Shown here piece by piece: positions 1 through 12,497 of a stretch of DNA of 64,000 nucleotides. The position numbers and the translations under genes are program-made. The stretch's first letter is position 1. Every line of letters begins with the position of its first letter. The stretch is from Oscillospiraceae bacterium. GTDB lineage: Bacteria; Bacillota; Clostridia; Oscillospirales; Acutalibacteraceae. Under the pieces are notes generated by a model, which searched no databases, was not told the origin of the DNA, and saw only the letters and a program-made list of their open reading frames with translations. Location of the stretch: the NCBI GenBank assembly GCA_015066565.1, contig SVOB01000003.1, forward strand, positions 2,291 through 66,290. The letters are read 5' to 3'.

Positions 1-1
1 G

Positions 2-514
2 ATGCGGGAAATCTGCATTGAAACGTCTTCAATGTCTTTGAGAGACGATAAAGACAGGAAGCTACTGCTTCTTATGTTCTGCGATTCGTATATGCAATAT
101 GCGGATTGCTTTGTTGCGGTTGATGAAGCCGACCGTCCTGTCGGGTATACCCTTTGTGCTCTGAATACACGTGAATTCTTTATAAATTTTAGAAAAAATA
201 TTCTTCCCGAAATTACAAAGCTCGGTTTCAGATACTCCGCAACGGCTTACGGAATAATCTTTCTGCACAGGCTTTGTGTGATTTTTGCACCTTCGCATCT
301 TCACATTGATTTAACCGAAGCAGTCCGTCGACAGGGAGTTGGGACCGCGCTGATGAACACAGTTAAAAGCCATCTTGCCGAAAAGGGTATAAAAAGCGTT
401 CAACTGACCTGCGGAAGTTCTAATAAATCCGCAATAAGCTTTTATAAGAAAAACGGATTCAAAACCGTTTTCAGGGGATTCGGTTCATGCGTAATGCGGG
501 CGAATACAAAATGA
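2..514 (+). CDS. GNAT-family N-acetyltransferase (start at or beyond window edge)
   Basis: C-terminal acetyl-CoA binding signature RRQGVGTALM...AISFYKKNGF typical of the GNAT fold. Confidence 0.7.
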   Translation: MREICIETSSMSLRDDKDRKLLLLMFCDSYMQYADCFVAVDEADRPVGYTLCALNTREFFINFRKNILPEITKLGFRYSATAYGIIFLHRLCVIFAPSHLHIDLTEAVRRQGVGTALMNTVKSHLAEKGIKSVQLTCGSSNKSAISFYKKNGFKTVFRGFGSCVMRANTK

Positions 515-579
515 TATTGTTATCTTTAATTTTTTGTGATAAGATTTAGTAAAGTTAATTGATAAAAGCAGGTGATAAA

Positions 580-1308
580 ATGTTCAACGCTGAAAAGGTG
601 AAAAACGACTGTGTTCAGTGGATAAGGGATTTTTTTGAGGAAAACGGAAAGGGCTGTAACGCCGTTGTCGGTATTTCGGGCGGAAAGGACAGCTCGATTG
701 TTGCGGCGCTTTGCGTTGAGGCTCTCGGGAAGGACAGGGTCATAGGCGTGCTTATGCCGAACGGCGAGCAGGCTGACATTGATATGGCGAAGCTTCTTGT
801 CGGGCACCTCGGAATAAAGCATTACATTATAAATATAAAGGACGCGGTTGACGGACTTAAAAAGAATATTCCGTTTGAGCTTTCGGAGCAGTCCGTTGTG
901 AATCTTCCGCCGAGAATAAGAATGTCAACCCTCTACGCCGTATCTCAGAGCCATAACGGCAGGGTTGCGAATACCTGTAATCTTTCGGAGGATTGGGTCG
1001 GCTATTCGACAAGATACGGCGACAGCGTAGGCGATTTCAGCCCGTGCTCACACCTGACTGTTCAGGAAATGAAACAAATCGGCAGGCTTTTAGGGCTTCC
1101 GGACGTGCTTGTCGATAAGGTCCCGATTGACGGGTTGAGCGGAAAAACTGACGAGGATAACCTCGGCTTCACCTATGCCGAGCTTGACAGATATATCCGC
1201 GAGGGAGTTATTACCGATATGGAGAAAAAGGCGAGAATTGACTATCTTCACAGGATAAATCAGTTCAAATTAAAGCTAATGCCCTCGTTTAAGCCCAAGG
1301 AGATATAA
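580..1308 (+). CDS. nadE: NH3-dependent NAD+ synthetase
   Basis: PP-loop GISGGKDSS. ATG 580 follows an AGGTG RBS; the ORF-track TTG at 559 is probably an over-extension. Confidence 0.9.
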   Translation: MFNAEKVKNDCVQWIRDFFEENGKGCNAVVGISGGKDSSIVAALCVEALGKDRVIGVLMPNGEQADIDMAKLLVGHLGIKHYIINIKDAVDGLKKNIPFELSEQSVVNLPPRIRMSTLYAVSQSHNGRVANTCNLSEDWVGYSTRYGDSVGDFSPCSHLTVQEMKQIGRLLGLPDVLVDKVPIDGLSGKTDEDNLGFTYAELDRYIREGVITDMEKKARIDYLHRINQFKLKLMPSFKPKEI

Positions 1309-1796
1309 TGTCAGAAGAAAAAACGAATGTAATGCGAATACTCGAACAGAAAAAGGTTGAGTTTTGTTCGCACTGTTATCTTGAAAGCGGGGCTGTCGGT
1401 GGAGTTGAGGTCGCCGAAGCGCTCGGCGAAAAGAAGGAAAACGTATTCAAAACCCTTGTGACTGTCGGGAAAAGCAAGCAACACTATGTCTTTATGGTAC
1501 CCGTTGCCGAGGAACTGGATTTGAAAAAGGCGGCAAAGGCGGTAGGGGAAAAGAGCGTTGAAATGATTAAACAAGCCGAGCTTTTACCTCTTACGGGCTA
1601 TGTTCACGGCGGCTGTTCGCCGATAGGGATGAAGAAAAGCTTCAAGACGACAATAGATATAAGCGCAGAGCGGCTTGACAGGCTGTTCTTCAGCGCGGGG
1701 AAAATCGGATATCAGATTGAAACCACGCTTGACGGATTAAAGCGGGTTGTAAGGCTGAACACAGCCGACATAATAAAGGACGGGCGGGAAGATTAA
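1308..1796 (+). CDS. ybaK: Cys-tRNA(Pro)/Cys-tRNA(Cys) deacylase, YbaK/EbsC family
   Basis: YbaK signature GYVHGGCSPIGMKK. Start overlaps the nadE stop (TAATG). Confidence 0.85.
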   Translation: MSEEKTNVMRILEQKKVEFCSHCYLESGAVGGVEVAEALGEKKENVFKTLVTVGKSKQHYVFMVPVAEELDLKKAAKAVGEKSVEMIKQAELLPLTGYVHGGCSPIGMKKSFKTTIDISAERLDRLFFSAGKIGYQIETTLDGLKRVVRLNTADIIKDGRED

Positions 1797-1820
1797 CTTC
1801 CGTCCGTCCTTTTTATTTTA
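1777..1820 (+). terminator. Terminator overlapping the ybaK stop
   Basis: AGGACGGGCGGGAAG-atta-ACTTCCGTCCGTCCTTTTT (imperfect stem). Confidence 0.6.
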
Positions 1821-1975
1821 TTCCCTTTATTATTTACCGTTAAAGTGATAGAATATTATATGAATTATTAAGCGAAACGCTATTCTTTACCACCTTTTAA
1901 CTTTTCCTTTACCTTGGATTTGAAAAGGAATGGTATTTTTTGTATAACGGATTATGAGGAAACGGAGAAAAAGAT

Positions 1976-2665
1976 ATGTACAATGTGCTTGTGTGCGATG
2001 ACGACAGTGCGATACTTGAATCAATTCGGATTTATCTCGACAATGAGGGCTACAACGTTATTACTGCAGTTGACGGCGAACAGGCGCTCGAAAGAATAAA
2101 CGGGAACGAAATTCACTGTGTTGTGCTTGATATTATGATGCCGAAGCTCGACGGACTAAAAACAACGCTGAAAATCAGGGAAGAGCATAACTTCCCGATT
2201 ATTCTTCTTTCTGCAAAAAGCGAGGACACCGATAAGATAACCGGTCTTAGCTTCGGCGCGGACGACTATGTTACAAAGCCGTTTAATCCGCTTGAGCTTG
2301 TGGCGAGAGTTAAGTCGCAGATAAGACGATATGTCAGTCTCGGCTCGCTCGAATTAAAAAAGAGCCAGCTTATAACAGGCGGAATAATTCTCGATACCGA
2401 CGCGAAAACCGTAACGGTTGACGGAAGCGAGGTAAAGTTTACGGCGATGGAATTTAAAATCCTCGAATATCTTATGCAGAATATGGGCAGGGTGCTTTCC
2501 TCCTCTCAGATTTATGAGGCGGTATGGAACGAGCCGTCATATTCAAGCGAGAAAACAGTTACCGTGCATATCAAAAACATCCGTGATAAAATTGAAATCA
2601 ATCCGAAAAATCCGAAATACTTGAAGGTGGTGTACGGACTTGGATACAAATGTGAAAAGATTTAA
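1976..2665 (+). CDS. OmpR-family response regulator
   Basis: Receiver domain (VLVCDDD...LDIMMPKLDG...SAKS) plus C-terminal winged helix (YLKVVYGLGYK). Confidence 0.9.
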   Translation: MYNVLVCDDDSAILESIRIYLDNEGYNVITAVDGEQALERINGNEIHCVVLDIMMPKLDGLKTTLKIREEHNFPIILLSAKSEDTDKITGLSFGADDYVTKPFNPLELVARVKSQIRRYVSLGSLELKKSQLITGGIILDTDAKTVTVDGSEVKFTAMEFKILEYLMQNMGRVLSSSQIYEAVWNEPSYSSEKTVTVHIKNIRDKIEINPKNPKYLKVVYGLGYKCEKI

Positions 2666-5075
2666 ATACTCAATAGTTTTTAAGCTTCTGTGCGTTATTA
2701 TCAGCTTCGCAAGCTTTTTTGTTGCGCTGAAAATCGGCTTGACTGCGGCTTTTACTGCGATTTATATTAACAATGCCTATTCTCCAAACGGTACTTTTTC
2801 CGAGGCAAACGAAGCGGTGGACTGGACTGCAAACAACAGTTTTCTGAACGTTTTCAGCTCGGATGTCCGTTCGGTCAGGCAAGCGGTAATGTATGACACG
2901 GATGTCGCTCAAATGCGTAAACTGCTTGCCGATTCAAGACAAGATTATATTGATAAGGCGGTGGAAATTTCCGAGAGGCTCGCGAAAGAAAAAGCCGAGG
3001 ATGAGAAAAAATACAGAGAGCACGAAACTTCGACCGAGTATTACGGCGACGAAGACGGCGAATACTATGAAGATTATGAGACAACCTATGTTAATGACGG
3101 AGAGTATACCTTTGAAATGCCTGTGCAAATAGGTAACTCGTCATTCGCCGATATGCTGATTAGGGCGGGTGAAACCGAAGAAGAAATCGCCGCAGATTAT
3201 GATTCACACGTAAATAATTGGATAGATGCTGAGTTTACCTATAACCCATACAGAATTTCAGCGGAACTTAATTATTATGTAAGCTACGGGGAAAACGAGA
3301 GCAGCTCTGTCAAGGATTTCTCAGAAGAAAACGCCTATTCGGCAGATACTTATTTTATAGTCAAGGACGGCGTTCTTGAGTCGAAGGGCATTTCTCAGGA
3401 AGCAGTTGAATCGGTTTATAATGAAATCAAGGATTTAGCGGGCTTCAAAGGGCTTAAGCTCTATGTTTATCTCGATACGGGCAAGCTTTCGACAGTAACC
3501 GCAGAGGAAATTATAAACAGCGGAATAAAGGGTAAAGACCTTACCTATTCCGAGCTTTTCGATATGTTTAAACGCTCGCAGGGAGCATATAAAAACACGG
3601 CGAGAAGCTTTATCTTCGCCGCTGTGCTTCTTATTGTCAGTATCGCCTTTGCGCTCGTATACTTTGAGATAACAGGTAAGAAAAACAAGGATGAGCCTTC
3701 TAAGACGTTTATATATGACTTTGTTCCGTTTGAGCTTGGACTAACGGTTGTCGGGGCAATAATAACGGGCTTGGTGTTTGCAACGGCAGAAATACTTGAC
3801 GATACGGGCGCCAATGAAATAACAATAACAGCGGTCTATGCGGTTATGGCGGTTGCGGTATTAAGCTGGATTTGCCTGTTTATGTTCTGCGCTTCAAACG
3901 CAAGGTATTTCCGTTCGGATAAAAAGGCGAGAACACATTTTCTTATCTATTGGTTATTTTTAGGCGTTTGCAAGGTTGTTCTGGCGTTCTGGCACGGCAT
4001 AGTTTTTGTCGCAACAAAGCTCAGTAATGCCGTAAAAAGGATTTTCAGCGCGGTAGCGTATAAGCCGAAAAAGTTTAAAAGAAACGTTATTCTTCTCCTG
4101 ATACTTCTGGCGGTAATGAATATTGCGTTTTTAAGCATTATAGTTTCGGCTGGTGTTTACAGAGAGCCTGTATTATTTATTATATTCTTCTTCCCGTTGG
4201 TTGTTATTGACGGTTATGTTCTTTATAGAACATGCAGATATATCAGGTATCTTGACGAAATTATAGACGCAAGCTCAAGACACGAGGATATTTTAACCCC
4301 GCTTGAAAAGCTGGACAATTCGCTTCGTGTACTCGCGCTGAATATGAAATACTCTAACGCTCAGCTTCAGGCGGCGATAAACAAGGCTGTCAAGGATGAG
4401 CGTCTCAGAACGGAATTAATAACTAACGTTTCCCACGACCTCAAAACTCCGCTTACGTCAATTATTCTTTATGTCGATATGCTTTCAAAGTGCGATATAA
4501 ACGACGAAAAGGCGAAGGAATATATTGAGGTGCTTAACGAAAAGGGAAATAAGCTCAAAAAGCTAATCGACGATTTAATCGAGGCTTCAAAGGTCACCTC
4601 GGGTAATGTTACGGTGAACCCTACCAATATTAATCTTTCCGAGCTGTGTCTTCAGGCGACGGTTGACGCCCAAGCCGATTTTGAAAAGGCGGGGCTTGAG
4701 CTTGTTGTCAAGTCGGGAACAAAGCAAACTGCAGTCTATGCTGACGGAACAAAGACGAACAGGATTATCGAAAACCTGCTGTCAAATGCCCGTAAGTATT
4801 CTGCAAAAGGTTCAAGGGTATATGTGAGTGTTTATGAGAAAAACGGCAGAGGTGTTTTTGAAATTAAAAATGTTTCCGCCCAGCCGCTTGACATTACGCC
4901 CGACGAATTGACTGAGCGCTTTGTCAGGGGCGACAAATCCAGAAATCAGGAGGGCAACGGACTCGGGCTTTCAATAGCCAAGGAGCTTTGCACTCTTCAG
5001 AACGGAGAGCTTGAAATACAGATTGACGGCGATTTGTTTAAAGCGAGGGTTTGTCTTCCTCAAAGAAGCTCATAA
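2640..5075 (+). CDS. Sensor histidine kinase with large N-terminal sensor region and multi-TM block
   Basis: H-box SHDLKTPLTSI, N box NLLSNARKY, G box GNGLGLSIAKE. Overlaps the regulator gene by 26 nt; the TTG start is uncertain. Confidence 0.85.
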   Translation: MDTNVKRFKYSIVFKLLCVIISFASFFVALKIGLTAAFTAIYINNAYSPNGTFSEANEAVDWTANNSFLNVFSSDVRSVRQAVMYDTDVAQMRKLLADSRQDYIDKAVEISERLAKEKAEDEKKYREHETSTEYYGDEDGEYYEDYETTYVNDGEYTFEMPVQIGNSSFADMLIRAGETEEEIAADYDSHVNNWIDAEFTYNPYRISAELNYYVSYGENESSSVKDFSEENAYSADTYFIVKDGVLESKGISQEAVESVYNEIKDLAGFKGLKLYVYLDTGKLSTVTAEEIINSGIKGKDLTYSELFDMFKRSQGAYKNTARSFIFAAVLLIVSIAFALVYFEITGKKNKDEPSKTFIYDFVPFELGLTVVGAIITGLVFATAEILDDTGANEITITAVYAVMAVAVLSWICLFMFCASNARYFRSDKKARTHFLIYWLFLGVCKVVLAFWHGIVFVATKLSNAVKRIFSAVAYKPKKFKRNVILLLILLAVMNIAFLSIIVSAGVYREPVLFIIFFFPLVVIDGYVLYRTCRYIRYLDEIIDASSRHEDILTPLEKLDNSLRVLALNMKYSNAQLQAAINKAVKDERLRTELITNVSHDLKTPLTSIILYVDMLSKCDINDEKAKEYIEVLNEKGNKLKKLIDDLIEASKVTSGNVTVNPTNINLSELCLQATVDAQADFEKAGLELVVKSGTKQTAVYADGTKTNRIIENLLSNARKYSAKGSRVYVSVYEKNGRGVFEIKNVSAQPLDITPDELTERFVRGDKSRNQEGNGLGLSIAKELCTLQNGELEIQIDGDLFKARVCLPQRSS

Positions 5076-5078
5076 TTA

Positions 5079-5107
5079 AAAAGGACAGGCAATTTGCCTG
5101 TCCTTTA
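5079..5107. terminator. Bidirectional terminator
   Basis: AAAAGGACAGGC-aatt-TGCCTGTCCTTT between convergent genes. Confidence 0.8.
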
Positions 5108-5119
5108 GTTTTATTAAAA

Positions 5120-5608
5120 TTAAAAAATTCCGTATGTCAGAAGCGACATTATAAGTCCCGCTACGAAAACGCCCAGGGCGATTATCGGCAGGGCTTTTTT
5201 CATTCTCAAATCGAGAAGAGCCGCTATGAGCGCGCCCGTCCAGCCGCCTGTACCCGGGATAGGAATTGCGACAAAGGTCAGAAGCCCCCAAGCCTTATAG
5301 CGAAGAACTTTTTCACGGTTCTTTTCACCCTTAGATTCAAGGCGGTCAATGATTTTGTTCATAAAATCGAATCGTCTTAAAAACTTGAAAATCCGCCTGA
5401 TAAAAAGAAGAATGAACGGAATCGGCAGCATATTACCCGCATAGCAGATAATAAACGCCTTAAGAAAATCGACCTCAAGAAGCCTCGCGGCAATCATTCC
5501 GCCCCTGATTTCAAGAACGGGGAAAAGCGAGATGATGAAGATAGTCAGTTCCTCGGGTATTCTGTTTTTAAAAAGCTCAACAAAAAAATTAACTATCTGT
5601 TCAGCCAT
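5120..5608 (-). CDS. Small membrane protein of the putative small multidrug export family
   Basis: 4-5 hydrophobic segments; N-terminal LFPVLEIRGG motif recalled for this family; overlaps the upstream Nudix gene by 8 nt. Confidence 0.55.
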   Translation of the reverse strand: MAEQIVNFFVELFKNRIPEELTIFIISLFPVLEIRGGMIAARLLEVDFLKAFIICYAGNMLPIPFILLFIRRIFKFLRRFDFMNKIIDRLESKGEKNREKVLRYKAWGLLTFVAIPIPGTGGWTGALIAALLDLRMKKALPIIALGVFVAGLIMSLLTYGIF

Positions 5609-6347
5609 TTACTTCCTCCGTATAATGATTTTCTATAAATCTCTTTGCACGGTAAAGAATATCCTTGTCGTTTGCGTAACGGAGCCGCTTTATAGCCTTG
5701 TCGTAATCAAGCCAGACGTAGTCCTCAATCTCTTCGGGCTGAATAATTGTTTTGACGTCGTCTGTCGTCGCAAGAAAAAGCGCAACGCTTTTTTCGATTC
5801 TGCCCTGAATTGTGTATTCGCTCTTGTAGCGGAAGCCGTCAAGAATATCGATATGTATTCCGGTTTCTTCAAGAACCTCACGGCGGGCTGTGGTCTTTTC
5901 GTCCTCGCCCTTTTCCATGTGGCCTTTAGGGAAGCCCCAGTTGGTGCTTCGCTTGTTCTTTATAAGAAGAAAACGCCTTTCGCCCATAATGTCGCGGAAA
6001 ACGATTGCACCGCAGCTTCTTTCATAAAGACATTCAACCGAATAACCGTAAACGCTTTCGGTGTCGTCAATTCCGTCTTTTACGTCGTTAATAATAAAAC
6101 GCTGGCTTTTAGGCGAAACAACAAGCACAACGCCCTTTTTATTTTTTCTTCTGACAACGGCGATAACCCTGCCGTCAAAATTCCTGACGGGATGGGAAAT
6201 GCCGATAATGTAGGCTCCCTTGATATGGGAGTGAGGGTCAACGGGCGTTTCGACTGAGCCGAAATTGAGCTTGAACTCGTTGCCCGACACCTCGTCCAGA
6301 GAGCCCTTGGGGTTAGTAACCCTGACTCTTATACTTTTTCCGAGCAT
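5601..6347 (-). CDS. NUDIX hydrolase with extra N-terminal domain
   Basis: Nudix box GFPKGHMEKGEDEKTTARREVLEETG. ATG 6347 follows an AAGGGA RBS; the ORF-track TTG 6362 is less likely. Confidence 0.8.
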   Translation of the reverse strand: MLGKSIRVRVTNPKGSLDEVSGNEFKLNFGSVETPVDPHSHIKGAYIIGISHPVRNFDGRVIAVVRRKNKKGVVLVVSPKSQRFIINDVKDGIDDTESVYGYSVECLYERSCGAIVFRDIMGERRFLLIKNKRSTNWGFPKGHMEKGEDEKTTARREVLEETGIHIDILDGFRYKSEYTIQGRIEKSVALFLATTDDVKTIIQPEEIEDYVWLDYDKAIKRLRYANDKDILYRAKRFIENHYTEEVNG

Positions 6348-6592
6348 AGTTTTCCCTTTCAATCACTTTGTCGCCCCTCTGATTTACCCTCGGTATAACG
6401 GGCGACTGACACATTACCCATTATTATAGCCGAAATGGATTTCTGTTTCAAGACTTAAGTTGCTTTTGGTCAAAAAAATCATCTTTTTTTATAAAAAGCA
6501 TTGTATAAATTCCCGTTTTGCTGTAAAATAGATTGGCATATACTTTCCGATAACCTGTTTGTTTATCGGTTTGTGGATTTTCGGAGGTGCAT

Positions 6593-9434
<2,842 letters not shown>

Positions 9435-9446
9435 AGGACTGATATT

Positions 9447-10268
9447 ATGGCAAAGTGTCCTAAATGCGGCAAGGAATTAACTATACTCAATTTCAGGGCT
9501 GAATGTCCTCAGTGCGGCGTTAATATTCCCAATTACGACTGGGAAAGACGTCTTGAGGAGGACGCGGATCAGGCTGAAATGGCTTTCGCAAGGCTTCATT
9601 ACAAGACGGCGAACTTTAAAAGCGCAACCGTCGGAAGTCCTCTTCGTATAGTAAGGCTTGTCTGCACGTTTTTGCCTCTTATAGCTCTTGTGCTTCCGCT
9701 TGCGAGCTTTTCGATAGAATTGCCTTATCTTTCAAAAAGCGGAACGCTCAGCTTTCTTAATATCGTTTTAAAAATATTCGGCGACACCTCACTTATAGGT
9801 AATATGCTCGCCATGATGAAGGGCGAGGTTTTAGGCGAAATCACAACCGACCTGTTTTTATCAATTGTCGGTATGCTTCTCGCCGTGGTCTTCGGCGTTC
9901 TGAATTTCTTTGTGCTTCTTATAGCGGCGTTCAATCTTCACTGGCGGGTTAACGTAATTCTCAACGCGCTTGCTGCGGCGTGCTTCGGTGCGGGTTACTA
10001 TTTTATGAATTCGTTTTTCGCTCTTAACTCTGTTTCGGGAGTTCCCGCTGTCAGCGGCTCGATGAAATACGCTTTCTTTGTCGGTATCGCCCTTTTCTTA
10101 CTTAATATGATACTCAATATTGTTGTCGGCGTCGGCTTTTCAAAACAGAAAAAGGAACAGCCGACTATCGACGAGGCGGCGGCTGTTGAGATTGAAAAAT
10201 TACATACTCTCGGCTACGGCTATAAGGAAGAAAAGCCCAAGAAGGAAAAGAAGAACAGGAAGAAATAA
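9447..10268 (+). CDS. Zinc-ribbon membrane protein, unknown function
   Basis: N-terminal CPKCG...CPQCG ribbon, about 5 TM segments, lysine-rich tail. Confidence 0.5.
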   Translation: MAKCPKCGKELTILNFRAECPQCGVNIPNYDWERRLEEDADQAEMAFARLHYKTANFKSATVGSPLRIVRLVCTFLPLIALVLPLASFSIELPYLSKSGTLSFLNIVLKIFGDTSLIGNMLAMMKGEVLGEITTDLFLSIVGMLLAVVFGVLNFFVLLIAAFNLHWRVNVILNALAAACFGAGYYFMNSFFALNSVSGVPAVSGSMKYAFFVGIALFLLNMILNIVVGVGFSKQKKEQPTIDEAAAVEIEKLHTLGYGYKEEKPKKEKKNRKK

Positions 10269-10275
10269 AATTTTC

Positions 10276-10305
10276 TTGACAGGTTGGTATTTACTGTGAT
10301 ATAAT
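10276..10305 (+). promoter_or_regulatory. Sigma-A type promoter of the rplU operon
   Basis: TTGACA (10276-10281), 18-nt spacer, extended -10 TGATATAAT (10297-10305). Confidence 0.7.
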
Positions 10306-10400
10306 GCCATTTGCCGCATAATAAGGGCGTGCGAAAAAGCACACAATAAACCCCGGTTTAGCCCGACTTAGCGAGACCGTAATGAAGGAAGGAAAAAAGA
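10306..10400 (+). ncRNA. Candidate L21 ribosomal-protein leader (5' UTR of rplU-prp-rpmA)
   Basis: About 95-nt untranslated leader between the promoter and rplU, in the position where the Bacillota L21 leader is known. Structure was not verified. Confidence 0.4.
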
Positions 10401-10712
10401 ATGTACGCAGTCATCGAAACAGGCGGTAAGCAGTATAAGGTAGAAGCGGGCGATAAGCTCTATATCGAAAAGCTTGCTGTCGAGGCTGAAAGTGACGTCA
10501 CCTTTGACAAGGTTGTAGCCGTTGGTACTGATAAGGGCTTTAAAGCAGGCACACCTTACGTTGAAGGCGCTTCTGTAGCCGCTAAGGTCGTTAAGAACGG
10601 CAAGGCGAAGAAGGTAACAGTTTTCACCTACAAGCCCAAGAAGAACGAAAAGCGCAAGATGGGTCATCGTCAGCCTTACACAATGGTTGAGATTACCGCT
10701 ATTAACGCTTAA
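10401..10712 (+). CDS. rplU: 50S ribosomal protein L21
   Basis: [14 protein letters not shown]... canonical L21 N-terminus. Confidence 0.97.
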   Translation: MYAVIETGGKQYKVEAGDKLYIEKLAVEAESDVTFDKVVAVGTDKGFKAGTPYVEGASVAAKVVKNGKAKKVTVFTYKPKKNEKRKMGHRQPYTMVEITAINA

Positions 10713-10714
10713 TT

Positions 10715-11029
10715 ATGATTAACGCAGATTTTTACGTCGGAAAGGACGGCGTTTTAACGGGCTTTACCGTATCGGGTCATTCGGGTTATGCCGAAGAGGG
10801 TTCCGATATAGTATGCGCGGCGGTTTCTTCAATGGCTTATCTCACAGCCAATACCGTGACCGAGGTTATAAAGGCTTCGCCCGAAATTAAGGTTGAGGAC
10901 GGCTTTATTTCACTTAAGGTTAAAAACGGCGAAGAAGAAAAATGTCTTGTTCCGTTAAAAGGTTTTTATCTGCAGATGAAAGAGCTTGTAAAGCAATATC
11001 CCGAGTATATTAGGATAAAAGAGGTGTAA
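10715..11029 (+). CDS. prp: Ribosomal-processing cysteine protease Prp
   Basis: Conserved position between rplU and rpmA; SGHSGYAE...DIVCAAVS His/Cys dyad context. Confidence 0.9.
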   Translation: MINADFYVGKDGVLTGFTVSGHSGYAEEGSDIVCAAVSSMAYLTANTVTEVIKASPEIKVEDGFISLKVKNGEEEKCLVPLKGFYLQMKELVKQYPEYIRIKEV

Positions 11030-11032
11030 AAA

Positions 11033-11317
11033 ATGCTTAAAATTAACATTCAGTTATTCGCTCATAAAAAAGGTATGGGTTCAACCCGTAACGGCCGTGA
11101 TTCTGAGTCAAAGCGTCTCGGCGCTAAGCGCGCTGACGGACAGTTTGTACTTGCGGGCAACGTTCTCGTAAGACAGAGAGGCACTCATATCCATCCCGGT
11201 AACAACGTAGGCAAGGGCTCTGACGACACACTCTTCGCTCTTATCGACGGAACAGTTAAGTTCGAAAGATACGGCAAGGATCGTAAAAAGGTCAGTGTTT
11301 ACGCTGTTGAGCAGTAA
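11033..11317 (+). CDS. rpmA: 50S ribosomal protein L27 with cleavable N-terminal extension
   Basis: [24 protein letters not shown]: Firmicutes-type propeptide followed by the conserved L27 core. Confidence 0.97.
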   Translation: MLKINIQLFAHKKGMGSTRNGRDSESKRLGAKRADGQFVLAGNVLVRQRGTHIHPGNNVGKGSDDTLFALIDGTVKFERYGKDRKKVSVYAVEQ

Positions 11318-11336
11318 TCTTATTTAAAAGAGATTT

Positions 11337-11365
11337 AAAACCCCGTTATAGACGGGGTTTTTCTT
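11337..11365 (+). terminator. Rho-independent terminator of the rplU operon
   Basis: AAAACCCCGT-tatag-ACGGGGTTTTT. Confidence 0.85.
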
Positions 11366-11434
11366 TATTTGACATAATTCGATATATGTTTTATAATTAA
11401 ATTACGAAAATGAAAAAAATTTGGAGGTTTTATT

Positions 11435-11857
11435 ATGAATTGTCCTAATTGCGGCGCTCCCGTTTCCGAAGGCGCTTCCTTCTGCGGTAACTGCGGCGCT
11501 TCCTTCAGCGCACCCCAGCCTCAGCCCGTTGCACCCCAGCCTGTTCAGCAGAGCTCCTATAACACTTATCCTCAGACTCCGTCTTATCCCGTAAGCGGTT
11601 CCGTTCCGCCCGAGAATAAGCCGTTGAGCCCGTGGGCGTATTTCGGCTATACTCTTCTTTTCTCTTTGCCGGTTATAGGTTTTATCTGCCTTATAATCTT
11701 CTCGGTTGATAACGGCAATATTAACCGCCGTAACTTCGCCCGTTCTTACTGGATATGGTTCGTTCTTGCAATTGTTATAGGCACTGTTGTCGGAATTCTC
11801 TTTGCGATTTTCGGCACCTCAATTGCGAACGAGGTAAGCAACTTCAGATATTATTGA
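11435..11857 (+). CDS. Zinc-ribbon membrane protein with P/Q-rich linker
   Basis: CPNCG...CGNCG ribbon, PQPQPVAPQPVQQ linker, 2-3 TM segments. Confidence 0.5.
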   Translation: MNCPNCGAPVSEGASFCGNCGASFSAPQPQPVAPQPVQQSSYNTYPQTPSYPVSGSVPPENKPLSPWAYFGYTLLFSLPVIGFICLIIFSVDNGNINRRNFARSYWIWFVLAIVIGTVVGILFAIFGTSIANEVSNFRYY

Positions 11858-11870
11858 TTAACTGAATAAT

Positions 11871-11908
11871 AAAGCGGTATGCAGATTGTCTGCATACCGC
11901 TTTTTCTT
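11871..11908. terminator. Bidirectional terminator
   Basis: AAAGCGGTATGCAGA-ttg-TCTGCATACCGCTTTTT between convergent genes. Confidence 0.85.
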
Positions 11909-11913
11909 TTTTA

Positions 11914-12492
11914 TCAAAGCTGGTCGAGTGTCAGTTCATAAGCGGGAATGAATTCCTCTAAAAATACGCTACATTCCTCACAGCCGAGCTTATTTATATT
12001 CTGCAAGGTGCTTTTTTCAGCCATTTTGAACTCGGTGTTGCCCGCTTTTCTTTCTTCAATACATTTTATAAGAGCGCTCAGCTTGTCCGCCGCTTTCACG
12101 AGCTTCCACAAATCTTCGTCCTCGTCCTTTTTGAAAAACATCGGCGAATACTCTTCCTTTAAGTCGTCGGGAAGCATATCGAGAAGTCGGTTGCAGGCGT
12201 TGTCCTCGATTTTCTGAAATTCCTTGCGCATTTCGTCGCTGTTGTATTTTACGGGGGTAGGCATATCGCCCGTTATAATTTCGGGAGTATCGTGATAAAG
12301 CGCGAGAACAGCGGCTCTTTCGGCGTTATAGCTTTTGCCGAAGCGCTTGTTTCCGATTACTGCGAGAGCGTGGGCGAGAGAGGCGACCTCGAGCGTATGC
12401 TCGGCAAGACTTTCGCGTTCGGTGTTTCTCATAAGCGCCCAGCGGTAGATATATTTTGTTCTCGAGGAGAACGCAAAAAACGAGTTATTCAT
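11914..12492 (-). CDS. HD-domain 5'-deoxynucleotidase (YfbR-like)
   Basis: HD motifs ESLAEHT...LYHDTPEIITGDMPTPVKY. Confidence 0.75.
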   Translation of the reverse strand: MNNSFFAFSSRTKYIYRWALMRNTERESLAEHTLEVASLAHALAVIGNKRFGKSYNAERAAVLALYHDTPEIITGDMPTPVKYNSDEMRKEFQKIEDNACNRLLDMLPDDLKEEYSPMFFKKDEDEDLWKLVKAADKLSALIKCIEERKAGNTEFKMAEKSTLQNINKLGCEECSVFLEEFIPAYELTLDQL

Positions 12493-12497
12493 TTTAA

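Noticed and set aside
5532-6257. 241-aa plus-strand ORF antisense to the Nudix gene. The same applies to 23924-24886, 20646-21314, 20540-21049, 53387-54004, 47501-47986, 48544-49008, 62666-63187 and 14327-14842
   Set aside because: Each lies entirely antisense to a gene with strong family signatures. They lack RBSs and have biased, low-complexity composition typical of shadow ORFs.
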